Origin: a virus
Lineage: Duplodnaviria; Caudoviricetes
DNA: 28,185 nucleotides
Strand: one strand, 5' to 3'
Virus record (IMG/VR): IMGVR_UViG_3300030372_000482
Location: 1-28,185 of that record
In this document: positions 17,514 to 25,468 of the stretch, piece by piece
Position numbering within the stretch: the stretch's first letter is position 1
Layout: the number at the start of each line of letters is the position of its first letter
Translations under genes and position numbers: made by a program
Notes under the pieces: generated by a model
The model's database searches: none
What the model was told of the DNA's origin: nothing
Seen by the model: the letters and a program-made list of their open reading frames with translations, nothing else

Positions 17514-18121
17514 AATAATTCTTTTCCTTTTAAATATTCACTTAATTGACTATCTATTTTTGACATAGTTTGTTTTTTACTATCCCATTTTTTTTGATTT
17601 TTTGCCCAGCGCAATAATCGTAATTTTATTTCAAATGTACTTTGTTTTTGATAACGCATCTTATTTTTACCTTCACACCAATAATTAATAAAATCTTCTA
17701 ACATATCTTTAGGGTAATCATATTTCATAACTTCAGCAATAAATTTTTCCTTTATATATATATTATTACTTGTATTATTAATATTACTTGTATTATTACC
17801 TTTGCCTTTTTTGTCAATAGGGGTGTCCACTTTTTTGTCAATACCTATAATCCTTTTTGTTATTTCATTGTTAGAATCTCTTTCTATTTTAATAGTTATA
17901 AAACCTAATTTTTTTAAATCAGTTAACCATCTAGAAACAGTATTTTTATTAACTCCATAAAGTTCTGCAAAGTAATTATTAGTTGCAAAGCAATACCCCA
18001 GCTTATTACTTAATGCTGTTATTTCGCCATATAAGAGTTTTGCATTAGGCTTTAAGCTAGAGTATCTAACCTTAGCAGGTATTATTGCATAAAAAGTTGG
18101 TTTGTTCATAGTTCTAACCAA
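17510..18121 (-). CDS. Phage replication initiator (N-terminal winged HTH)
   Basis: FYAIIPAKVRY..LKPNAKLLYGEITALSNKLGYCFATNNYFAELYGVNKNTVSRWLTDLKKLGFI; low-complexity linker with DNA repeats; C-terminal FINYW...TFEIKLRLLRW; probable start at ATG 18109. Confidence 0.8.
   Translation of the reverse strand: MVRTMNKPTFYAIIPAKVRYSSLKPNAKLLYGEITALSNKLGYCFATNNYFAELYGVNKNTVSRWLTDLKKLGFITIKIERDSNNEITKRIIGIDKKVDTPIDKKGKGNNTSNINNTSNNIYIKEKFIAEVMKYDYPKDMLEDFINYWCEGKNKMRYQKQSTFEIKLRLLRWAKNQKKWDSKKQTMSKIDSQLSEYLKGKELL
17764..17843. repeat. Iteron-like repeats plus AT-rich repeats inside the initiator gene (candidate origin)
   Basis: cttttttgtcaata at 17806-17819 and 17830-17843; tattacttgtattatta at 17764-17780 and 17782-17798. 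Confidence 0.55.
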
Positions 18122-18627
18122 TCTAAAGTATAATCATAACTTTTAAAAATGTCTTTTATTGTATCATAATTAATACTAAATTTAGAATAACTAGATAATA
18201 ATACACAAGAAACATCACCTGTTTTTATAATAAATTGTAAATTTGGTTTAATACAATTTTTTAAATTATGATCTCTTAAATAATTTTTCATCATTATTTT
18301 ATCTAAAAATACTTTTTTGTTTCTATTATTTTGCCTATAAGCATTTAATACTTTATAATAATTCTTTGCGTACTCATGCCACCCTGATCTTTTATCACAT
18401 TTATTTTCATGATGTCTTTCGTAATAGTATGTTAATGTTCTATTTCTATTAAATTTTTTAGATATAATTTTTCTTGAAACACCATGTTTTAAACCTATCA
18501 TTCCTGCTATTTCTCTTGCCCTTGACAATTTAGACATTCTACTTTTATTATATAAACTATCTTCAGGTAACCCTAATGTTTTTGCAGTTAATTCGCAAAT
18601 TTTATTAAATTTATCTTTAGCAGTCAT
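18106..18627 (-). CDS. DnaA C-terminal (domain IV)-like DNA-binding protein
   Basis: LYNKSRMSKLSRAREIAGMIG...SRKIISKKFNRNRTLTYYY parallels DnaA domain IV (SR...ARQIAMY...IG..F.RDHTTV); no AAA+ domain. Confidence 0.55.
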   Translation of the reverse strand: MTAKDKFNKICELTAKTLGLPEDSLYNKSRMSKLSRAREIAGMIGLKHGVSRKIISKKFNRNRTLTYYYERHHENKCDKRSGWHEYAKNYYKVLNAYRQNNRNKKVFLDKIMMKNYLRDHNLKNCIKPNLQFIIKTGDVSCVLLSSYSKFSINYDTIKDIFKSYDYTLDWLEL

Positions 18628-18629
18628 AA

Positions 18630-19061
18630 TTAAAATGGTAAATCATTATTATTATCTGTATTTTTAATTTCAGATTTATTTATTTCTTTTTTGTTTACCC
18701 ACGCTATCATTTGTTCAGCTGCATCAAAAACTTCTTCTAAACTAGCTTCTGCACCTTTTAAATATTCTACTGCACATTTTAACGTTGATTGTCTTATAAT
18801 AGATTCTTGCCTATTACTATTGTCTTTAAAATTATTGTTGTTATTTTGCCAATTAGGATTAACAGATTTAGCTTTTGTAAAAGGGTGTTGCCCTACATCT
18901 CCTGTTATTTCATAGGTTAATTCCATTCCAACTTCTTGTTTTTTGTTTTTACCTATATCAATTTTATCTCCATTTTCCATAACTAAATGATGGTATAATG
19001 TGTTAAATTTACCATAAGGTTCACTAACTCTTTTTACTTCTTTAATTTTACTAGTTTTCAT
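18630..19061 (-). CDS. Putative single-stranded DNA-binding protein
   Basis: Beta-rich N-terminus, Asn-rich linker, C-terminal DLPF tail typical of SSBs; within the replication block. Confidence 0.55.
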   Translation of the reverse strand: MKTSKIKEVKRVSEPYGKFNTLYHHLVMENGDKIDIGKNKKQEVGMELTYEITGDVGQHPFTKAKSVNPNWQNNNNNFKDNSNRQESIIRQSTLKCAVEYLKGAEASLEEVFDAAEQMIAWVNKKEINKSEIKNTDNNNDLPF

Positions 19062-19089
19062 ATTTATTTATTTATTTGATTAATTAATT

Positions 19090-19416
19090 TTACAATATTA
19101 TTGGTTTATTATTGTTTTCTCTATATTTTTTTATATATTTTTTTGTTGTCTCTACTATCCAACTATCTTGCTGTTGCCAACCATGATTATGCAACATATA
19201 GCAAAATAAGTTATATAATTGTAATTCTGTACCAACAACACGTACACAATCACTAACTTTTTTATAATCTGCAAAACCTTTTTTAAAATCATAACAATAA
19301 GAACTACTTGCTTGTAATGTAGGTTTTAGCAACCAATCTACAACTTTAATTTTTTTATTGTCTAGTGGTTTGTTTGTAAATGCGCAATTTGCAGGTTTGT
19401 TGTAGTCTATATCCAT
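19090..19416 (-). CDS. Hypothetical early protein
   Basis: 108 aa ORF, overlaps the upstream stop. Confidence 0.6.
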   Translation of the reverse strand: MDIDYNKPANCAFTNKPLDNKKIKVVDWLLKPTLQASSSYCYDFKKGFADYKKVSDCVRVVGTELQLYNLFCYMLHNHGWQQQDSWIVETTKKYIKKYRENNNKPIIL

Positions 19417-19631
19417 TGCATTATAACTTTAGTTGCTTGTATAACAAATAAAAAACCTAAAATACCTAATGATATTTGATTTAATGTATTTTGTAATTTA
19501 TCATCATTAGATAACATTGTACTAACTGCATAATCTTGTATCTTATTAAACTTCATAAATCTAATTAGTTCATCTGCATTTAATATTTGTTGTTTTCTTG
19601 ATGTTCTGTTTACTATTTTGTATTGAGTCAT
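19407..19631 (-). CDS. Hypothetical early protein with C-terminal hydrophobic segment (start revised to ATG 19631)
   Basis: The track's TTG start at 19661 lies inside the promoter; ATG 19631 has an A-rich leader (aaaataataaa). Confidence 0.6.
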   Translation of the reverse strand: MTQYKIVNRTSRKQQILNADELIRFMKFNKIQDYAVSTMLSNDDKLQNTLNQISLGILGFLFVIQATKVIMQWI

Positions 19632-19658
19632 TTTATTATTTTCTTGATTAATATGATG

Positions 19659-19666
19659 CAAATGTA
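19659..19666 (-). promoter_or_regulatory. Bacteroidota housekeeping-type -7 promoter element (early promoter)
   Basis: TACATTTG matches the TAnnTTTG consensus, 27 nt upstream of the first early ATG; no clear -33 element at canonical spacing. Confidence 0.65.
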
Positions 19667-19680
19667 ATAAATAAAATTAG

Positions 19681-19713
19681 TTATTAACACTTTTATTTAC
19701 AAAGTTATTAACA
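19681..19713 (+). repeat. Three phased DnaA-box-like 9-mers
   Basis: TTATTAACA 19681, TTATTTACA 19693, TTATTAACA 19705 (12-bp period); each differs from TTWTNCACA only at position 6. Confidence 0.55.
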
Positions 19714-19733
19714 ATAAGTATGTTAATTAGTGT

Positions 19734-19832
19734 TTATAGAGATAGTAAAAAGACTATTAGCATTATTATAGTATATAACACTATTAATCTGTAAGTATCC
19801 ATCCAATCAGGGTATTTAGGGATTTTAGCCAT
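19734..19832 (-). CDS. Micro-ORF, 32 aa, C-terminal TM segment (MAKIPKYPDWMDTYRLIVLYTIIMLIVFLLSL)
   Basis: TAATG overlap with the phosphoesterase stop. Confidence 0.5.
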   Translation of the reverse strand: MAKIPKYPDWMDTYRLIVLYTIIMLIVFLLSL

Positions 19833-20563
19833 TATAAGGGCATTAAAAGGTTTATAGGTATAGTACCACCTAAAACAACAGAACAAGCAATAGAAGGCTT
19901 CTTACCACGTTTAGCATAAGCCATAGCGTATGTATCATGATTAATACCACAACCAACTTGCATGCCAAATACTCTAAAGTTTTGCCCTACATAGTGTTCA
20001 ATATAACATTGTGTATGTAAATGACCTTGTACTGTATTCATCATATCTGCACGACATTTGCTTCTAGCCGTACCTGCTTCTCCATGAATATATTGTACAT
20101 CATCAATAATTAATCTATCAACAAAATTCCAATTAGGCACTTCTAAAACTTCTTTGTATGATTTAATCCATTTACTTGGTATTAGTGAGGTTTGTGCTTT
20201 ACGCATAATCATTCTATCATGATTGCCTAAAATAACAGTTGCTTTTGGGAATGCTTTATACCATCTTGCAATTCTTTTTATAGCAACTTCTAATTCTTGT
20301 TTACCTGTATATTCTGCTTCTATATCTATTTCATGAAAAGAACTATAATGATTATCTACTATATCACCTATAAATACAATATCAGTACAATTCCATCTTT
20401 TTTGTTGTATAACACACCAATCTAAATATCTATCTAAACAAAATGGTTCATGCAAGTCACCGATAACTAGAACATTCCTAGCTTCGGTTTCTCGCATTTT
20501 TTTTATCACCTCTATTTCATGAGGTTTTAATCTATATCTATTATTTCTTTGCACTATCTGCAA
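19832..20563 (-). CDS. Calcineurin-like metallophosphoesterase
   Basis: All five motifs present: GDLH, GDIVD, GNHD, IHG, GHLH. Confidence 0.88.
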   Translation of the reverse strand: MQIVQRNNRYRLKPHEIEVIKKMRETEARNVLVIGDLHEPFCLDRYLDWCVIQQKRWNCTDIVFIGDIVDNHYSSFHEIDIEAEYTGKQELEVAIKRIARWYKAFPKATVILGNHDRMIMRKAQTSLIPSKWIKSYKEVLEVPNWNFVDRLIIDDVQYIHGEAGTARSKCRADMMNTVQGHLHTQCYIEHYVGQNFRVFGMQVGCGINHDTYAMAYAKRGKKPSIACSVVLGGTIPINLLMPL

Positions 20564-20735
20564 TTCCTTGACCTATTACTAGTGCAATTAAAGCGTTCAT
20601 TATTGCAGTAGTTTGTTCAGGATCAAGTCCAAATGATTCATGTAAGAATTGCACAAGTATAGCTGTTATAGTGTACCATGCTTTTCTAGATTTTAAAATT
20701 TTTCCAATTAGAAAGTTTTTTAATAATTCGTTCAT
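20541..20735 (-). CDS. Holin-like small membrane protein
   Basis: 64 aa; KSRKAW followed by two hydrophobic segments, ending IGQGIAD; directly after the endolysin. Confidence 0.6.
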   Translation of the reverse strand: MNELLKNFLIGKILKSRKAWYTITAILVQFLHESFGLDPEQTTAIMNALIALVIGQGIADSAKK

Positions 20736-20766
20736 TTTTTTTGTTTTAGTTAGTATTCAAAGTTAT

Positions 20767-21132
20767 TTAATCATAAAGCCAAAATACATCTTGGTCTTTT
20801 TGTTTATCAACATCACAATGTATAAAAGTCTTTGCAATGCCTATTCTATTAATTCCAACATCTAATAACGCTTTTATTATTAATGCTCTATCCCTGCTAT
20901 TTACACAACGTATATCTGCCGCAAGTCCAAGTTTATGACTAGAACCTATTCTAGCTTTTAGTATTTTGTCATTCCAATGTTTAGACCTGTAACCACTATT
21001 AATTTTAAATGGAACACCCGCATTATGTCTTGCATAGTCAAGTTTTTCTAAAAACTTTATATCCATTTTAGAACCTGAACCTGGTTCATCAGGACTATCA
21101 AACTCTTTTAAAGTAAAATATTTAAGTTGCAA
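20767..21132 (-). CDS. Endolysin, peptidase M15 family (start revised to TTG 21132)
   Basis: KYFTLKEFD, INSGYRS, SSHKLGLAADI, FIHCD are zinc peptidase M15A-type motifs. Confidence 0.85.
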   Translation of the reverse strand: MQLKYFTLKEFDSPDEPGSGSKMDIKFLEKLDYARHNAGVPFKINSGYRSKHWNDKILKARIGSSHKLGLAADIRCVNSRDRALIIKALLDVGINRIGIAKTFIHCDVDKQKDQDVFWLYD

Positions 21133-21136
21133 TTTA

Positions 21137-21268
21137 TTAGAGCGTATTGACTGTATAAATTCTTGTGCCATTGTCAAGAACTTGTACAAGTTTTTTAGAA
21201 ACATTTTTTTCTTCTTTTTCTTTTTTTTGATATTTAGGGTTTTTGCTATTTAGCTTTCTTTTTTTCAT
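21137..21268 (-). CDS. Micro-ORF, 43 aa, basic (MKKRKLNSKNPKYQKKEKEEKNVSKKLVQVLDNGTRIYTVNTL)
   Basis: Open frame ending 4 nt before the proposed endolysin TTG. Confidence 0.5.
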   Translation of the reverse strand: MKKRKLNSKNPKYQKKEKEEKNVSKKLVQVLDNGTRIYTVNTL

Positions 21269-21410
21269 ATAATATAAATTTATAGATTGTAAATGATATT
21301 GCTAATGTTAGTGAAATAAATGTAAGTATTTCATTTGCTTCTACTAATGATATACCTATTGCAGAACCATTAGCGAGTGCTACTTGCGCTGTGTCTTGTA
21401 CTTCTTTCAT
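21246..21410 (-). CDS. Holin-like small membrane protein, 54 aa
   Basis: MKEVQDTAQVALANGSAIGISLVEANEILTFISLTLAISFTIYKFILYEKKKAK: hydrophobic segment with basic tail, upstream of the endolysin. Confidence 0.65.
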   Translation of the reverse strand: MKEVQDTAQVALANGSAIGISLVEANEILTFISLTLAISFTIYKFILYEKKKAK

Positions 21411-21489
21411 TTGTATTATTATTTTTACCTTTCAAAAAAGTTTTTAATTTAATTTTATTTGTTTCTTTTACTTTATATCTTCTTTTCAT
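21370..21489 (-). CDS. Micro-ORF, 39 aa, basic (MKRRYKVKETNKIKLKTFLKGK...)
   Basis: TAATG overlap with the adaptor stop; fills the gap. Confidence 0.45.
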   Translation of the reverse strand: MKRRYKVKETNKIKLKTFLKGKNNNTNERSTRHSASSTR

Positions 21490-22070
21490 TAGTAGCTAAT
21501 ATCAGGTGTTAAAAAATCTCTAAGTGTTAATTTTGAACCTTTCTGCATTGGTCTATCTAGATTCATTCCTTGATAGCTAAAACCATTTTTATCAGGTGAT
21601 ACATCTGCACCACTATTAGTTGAATATTCAGGGAATAAGCTAACATTGTTTTTTATATAATCTATCATTCTTTCTATAAAATATTCACCTGTATTTTGCA
21701 CCTCACTACGTAGATGTTGTGCTTCTTCTGTTGTTAATGCTGTTCCTGTTTCTGAACTTTTACTAAATATATTACCATTTTCTACTTTAAATCTTAAAAA
21801 AGGTATTGCATGATATAAAGCCATATTAGGCAAAAAATCACCAATATATTCATCTACTAATTTCTTATAGTTTTCATTACCTACATTACCTATTGTACCG
21901 CCTGAAATAAGCGTTTCTAATTTTTCATAAAGTTCTGTACCTAACTTTGTTTCTACATAAAGCCTTTGTGCTTGTAAAACAAAAGGTAATAATAAATCAA
22001 CATCAACATTTAAATTGATTGCTGTACTATCTTTTAATTTCTGTTCTGATATAAATAATACGTATGCCAT
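21489..22070 (-). CDS. Putative head-tail adaptor/connector
   Basis: 193 aa directly after the portal; LFISEQKLKD...AQRLYVETKLGTELY...LFPEY; helical composition. Confidence 0.55.
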   Translation of the reverse strand: MAYVLFISEQKLKDSTAINLNVDVDLLLPFVLQAQRLYVETKLGTELYEKLETLISGGTIGNVGNENYKKLVDEYIGDFLPNMALYHAIPFLRFKVENGNIFSKSSETGTALTTEEAQHLRSEVQNTGEYFIERMIDYIKNNVSLFPEYSTNSGADVSPDKNGFSYQGMNLDRPMQKGSKLTLRDFLTPDISY

Positions 22071-22072
22071 AA

Positions 22073-24262
22073 TTATCTTGGTTCTAAAAATCCGTTATTT
22101 CTCATTCTTTTTGGTGGTCTTGCTACTAAATTGTCATTCTTTTCTGCTGTAAACCCTTCACTTCTTGCTTTTGTATATCCTATTATTTGACTATCACTAA
22201 TCTTGTTTTTAGCGTTTCTTAATGATGTTTTGTATATCCTACGTAACCAAAAATGTTGACAGTTGCCACCGCCCTTGTACAACCAAATAGAATATTGCAA
22301 AGCACCACGAGGACCCCACCCTATATTTTTACCTTGTCTTTTAGAATAATAATAATCGTTTACAGTCATTTTTTCCATTCTTATTATATCTTCTTTACGA
22401 TATATCTTATTAGCTGCTATCATTTTTTTACAAAAATTTCTTTTTTGACCTGTTTTGTTTACTAAAAAATCATCTTCTGTATATATGTATCTAACTTTGT
22501 AATAATCATTAAATGACTTATTAACTCCATCTTGTTCACTTCTTGCATTAGGTCTTGCAGTTCCTGTTGATGCTAATTCTATTTTTTCGTTAACATGGTC
22601 ATTCATGGTTTTTTCAAAATCAAAATCTTGGTGTTCACCATCAACAATTTCTTCATCAATCACTTCCCATTCTTCAGGAATTTCTTCACCATATTCTTTT
22701 ATAAATTTGTCAAGTTCTGTTAATTCAGATAATTCTTTTTTAGCATTTACAGGTACACAATTAGGTACTTCACGCCCATCTTTTATTTTTGTACCTATTG
22801 CTTCATATCCTGGTTGACATGGGTTAGGTGTTATAAATTCTTCTTTGCAATTACATTTACTTAAACTTTCTTTTATTTGGTCATGTGATTCGCAAGGCAT
22901 AAAATATTCTTTACCATCTTGTGTATGTGTATGTGAACCACTACAACCTATTTTTTTTGCTTCTGCTTCAGCTTCTTCTTTTGTTTCAAATAATGGTAAT
23001 TCTACACCATCAGTTACCATTGTGCCTACTTTTGCAAAATCTTCTCTAATTTCTACATTTTCATTTAATGGTGGTAATCCTAATTCTTCTCTTATTTCAT
23101 CTTGTTCCATTACTGCTTTTAAATCTTCACTTGTAAATTCTAATGTGATAGGTTTTAGCTGTACAAAGCTAATAGGCATATCCATGTTGTTTACTCTAAA
23201 TAACTTTCTTAAAACCTTAACTATATGGTCTTGGAATGGTTTTACAACTGTATTTAAATAATAATTAGCAGCACTATTTAATTCATCTACATTAGAACCT
23301 AGTCCTGTATCATTTTTAATACCCATAAGCATTGGACTTGTTACTCTATGGGCTGTAAGTATATTTTGCACTAAAAGTTCTTGTAAAGCCAAATATTGCT
23401 TGTCTAAATCACTTGTTTGTATTGGTGTTATTTGTGGTGTTCTTGTATTATCATCAGAAAACGTAACAATCACTTTTCCTGCATTTTCACTACCTTGAAA
23501 TTTAGCTGACAATCTACGTTCTATTTCTAGTCTTTCTTCTTGCGTTGGAACACCATTTGCAAAGTTAAAAGCATAAGAACCTGAAAATCCTGAATTAATA
23601 TTATTTAAATGAAATTCTGCAACCTTTTGATCTATTAAACTCCAATTATTACCTGCAAGATAATCAGGCGTAAAATAAGCATTCATATTAGGGCTGTAAA
23701 GACCTGTATATAATATTTGATTAGGTGATGTTCTATCATTTATATTAAATGCAGGAACACGATATGGTTTGTTTTGTCTAGTATTTGACCAATCAGCACT
23801 TACATAATATCCATTTACCTTACCCATAGCATCAGCCCTTTCTACTCTGATTTTTTCCATTGGTATGTGATAGATTTCTGCAATTTGTGTTCTATCCCTT
23901 GACCATATAATGTTCAAAGCAAAGCCACCTTGTAGTTTAAAATCAAAAGCACATTTTTTTATAACTTCATGCAAAGATTCATTACTATTAGCACTAGCCA
24001 TAAATTGCTTTAACTTAACTAAAGCATCTAAATTTCTATCATTTTCATTATCAATTACAATATCTTCAGCAGATATTAGTTCAGCAGTTGCATTTATAAT
24101 AGCTGCATTTGTAGAACTGTTGTAATATAAATCTATAAGAAATTGTGGGTATAAGTTTTTCCAATTATCAGTTCCATATTCAATATAATCTTTACCACGC
24201 ACTTCTTGAACTATTGGTGCTGTTTCTGTTCCTAAATTTATGCTAATAATATTGTCTTTCAT
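22073..24262 (-). CDS. Portal protein with ~330-aa C-terminal extension
   Basis: YGTDN..NLYPQFLIDLYYNSSTNAAII, DFKLQGGFAL, GSENAGK, ILTAHRVTSPMLMGI, VKPFQ resemble HK97-type portals; Cys/His modules follow. Confidence 0.8.
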   Translation of the reverse strand: MKDNIISINLGTETAPIVQEVRGKDYIEYGTDNWKNLYPQFLIDLYYNSSTNAAIINATAELISAEDIVIDNENDRNLDALVKLKQFMASANSNESLHEVIKKCAFDFKLQGGFALNIIWSRDRTQIAEIYHIPMEKIRVERADAMGKVNGYYVSADWSNTRQNKPYRVPAFNINDRTSPNQILYTGLYSPNMNAYFTPDYLAGNNWSLIDQKVAEFHLNNINSGFSGSYAFNFANGVPTQEERLEIERRLSAKFQGSENAGKVIVTFSDDNTRTPQITPIQTSDLDKQYLALQELLVQNILTAHRVTSPMLMGIKNDTGLGSNVDELNSAANYYLNTVVKPFQDHIVKVLRKLFRVNNMDMPISFVQLKPITLEFTSEDLKAVMEQDEIREELGLPPLNENVEIREDFAKVGTMVTDGVELPLFETKEEAEAEAKKIGCSGSHTHTQDGKEYFMPCESHDQIKESLSKCNCKEEFITPNPCQPGYEAIGTKIKDGREVPNCVPVNAKKELSELTELDKFIKEYGEEIPEEWEVIDEEIVDGEHQDFDFEKTMNDHVNEKIELASTGTARPNARSEQDGVNKSFNDYYKVRYIYTEDDFLVNKTGQKRNFCKKMIAANKIYRKEDIIRMEKMTVNDYYYSKRQGKNIGWGPRGALQYSIWLYKGGGNCQHFWLRRIYKTSLRNAKNKISDSQIIGYTKARSEGFTAEKNDNLVARPPKRMRNNGFLEPR

Positions 24263-24264
24263 AA

Positions 24265-24483
24265 TTAATCTTGTTCAGCCCATTGAGAGCTATTTAATAT
24301 ATTCATAATCTCACTATAATTGTAAGTTTCTTTACCTTCTAAAAAGCTAGGTGTTTCACCATCAAATTTAAGTAATGCTTGACTTTTATCCAAAGAATAA
24401 CGTAATGTGTTTTCTGATGTTTCTAATACTTCATCAAAATTTACATTTGCTACTTCTTGTGATGTTATAATTACATATTTCAT
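24265..24483 (-). CDS. Small hypothetical protein (start revised to ATG 24483)
   Basis: MKYVII...VNFDEVLETSENTLRYSLD...W; begins 1 nt after the LamG gene stop. Confidence 0.65.
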   Translation of the reverse strand: MKYVIITSQEVANVNFDEVLETSENTLRYSLDKSQALLKFDGETPSFLEGKETYNYSEIMNILNSSQWAEQD

Positions 24484-24484
24484 T

Positions 24485-25198
24485 TTAGTTTGCTTTATAT
24501 GGAACATCTGTTGTCCATGTTGGATTGTTTACTAATGTACCATTAAAACCTTTTCCAGAACTATCTATTGCAGTTTCTCCTGAACCACTATCAAAACGCC
24601 AATATCCTATTAAACCTGCTGAACCTGTTAAATTTAATGGCTCATGATTAGATGCAATTAATTCTGTTATAGGTACAACCCTTGTAAATATAGCAACATC
24701 TGCAAGTGTAGCATTTATAAAGTTTGCACCTGCTGTATTATTACCAATACTTGTTGAAGCAATACCACCTGAATAAGTACCTAAACCTGTTGTAGTTGCT
24801 TTTAATGTACCATCTAAATATATTTTAAGTTGGTCTGCTGTTGTATCCCATGTTGCTGCTATATGATGCCATTTACCATCATTTTCAATAGCATCTGTAA
24901 TAACTGCTGTTTTATTAGTGCCACCACCTTTATATGCTACTCTAATTTGATTGCTACTTGCATGGTAAATCATTATAATATGGTTGTTAGAATCTGTTAA
25001 AGCTCGTATATACGTTCCTGTTGCGCTCATAGTACCCGTCTTAGCCCAAAAGCTAAAAGTACCCGCAGACGTGCTTATATCGCTTGAAACAGGGTTTATA
25101 TTAACGCTTTCATCAGTGCCATCAAAATTTAAAGCATAAATGTTTTGTTTTGCTTCACCATAACTTACTAAACTATTTGCTAATTTAAGTGCTAACAT
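24485..25198 (-). CDS. LamG/concanavalin A-like domain virion protein
   Basis: ALNFDGTDE, TFSFWAK, DGKWHHIAATWD, KIYLDG, SIG, LIGYWRFDSGSG..AIDSSG..NGTLVN. Confidence 0.85.
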   Translation of the reverse strand: MLALKLANSLVSYGEAKQNIYALNFDGTDESVNINPVSSDISTSAGTFSFWAKTGTMSATGTYIRALTDSNNHIIMIYHASSNQIRVAYKGGGTNKTAVITDAIENDGKWHHIAATWDTTADQLKIYLDGTLKATTTGLGTYSGGIASTSIGNNTAGANFINATLADVAIFTRVVPITELIASNHEPLNLTGSAGLIGYWRFDSGSGETAIDSSGKGFNGTLVNNPTWTTDVPYKAN

Positions 25199-25199
25199 C

Positions 25200-25457
25200 T
25201 TATTCAGTATAACCTATTGCAACACCACTAGAAATTGTTATAGCAGTTATATTCATAAATAAGGTAGTTCCTGCAGGTATTGTAGTTTGTAGTGCGCTTT
25301 CACCTGTTGCATTAGCTACTGTAATTGCTGTTATTACTGATGTTACAGGGAATGATACTGCATAAAAATCTTTACCTGTTACTGCACCTTCAAATATTTC
25401 TATTGAATTTTTACCTAATTGTTCTGTTAATAGTTGTTGTACGTTTTCTATTGCCAT
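25200..25457 (-). CDS. Small hypothetical virion protein
   Basis: 85 aa, beta-rich (TIPAGTTLF..ITAITISSGVAIGY). Confidence 0.65.
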   Translation of the reverse strand: MAIENVQQLLTEQLGKNSIEIFEGAVTGKDFYAVSFPVTSVITAITVANATGESALQTTIPAGTTLFMNITAITISSGVAIGYTE

Positions 25458-25468
25458 TTTTTATTTTT

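Noticed and set aside
18793-18803. Partial late-motif match (tataataga) in the SSB-like gene
   Set aside because: Within coding sequence (ESIIR) and lacks the full TCTATTATATA.
19632-19661. Track start (TTG 19661) for the first early gene
   Set aside because: It falls inside the TACATTTG promoter element; ATG 19631 is more plausible.
21133-21204. N-terminal 24 aa of the endolysin as called by the track (possible signal or SAR segment)
   Set aside because: Not hydrophobic enough, overlaps the 43-aa ORF, and the recognisable domain begins at KYF right after TTG 21132.
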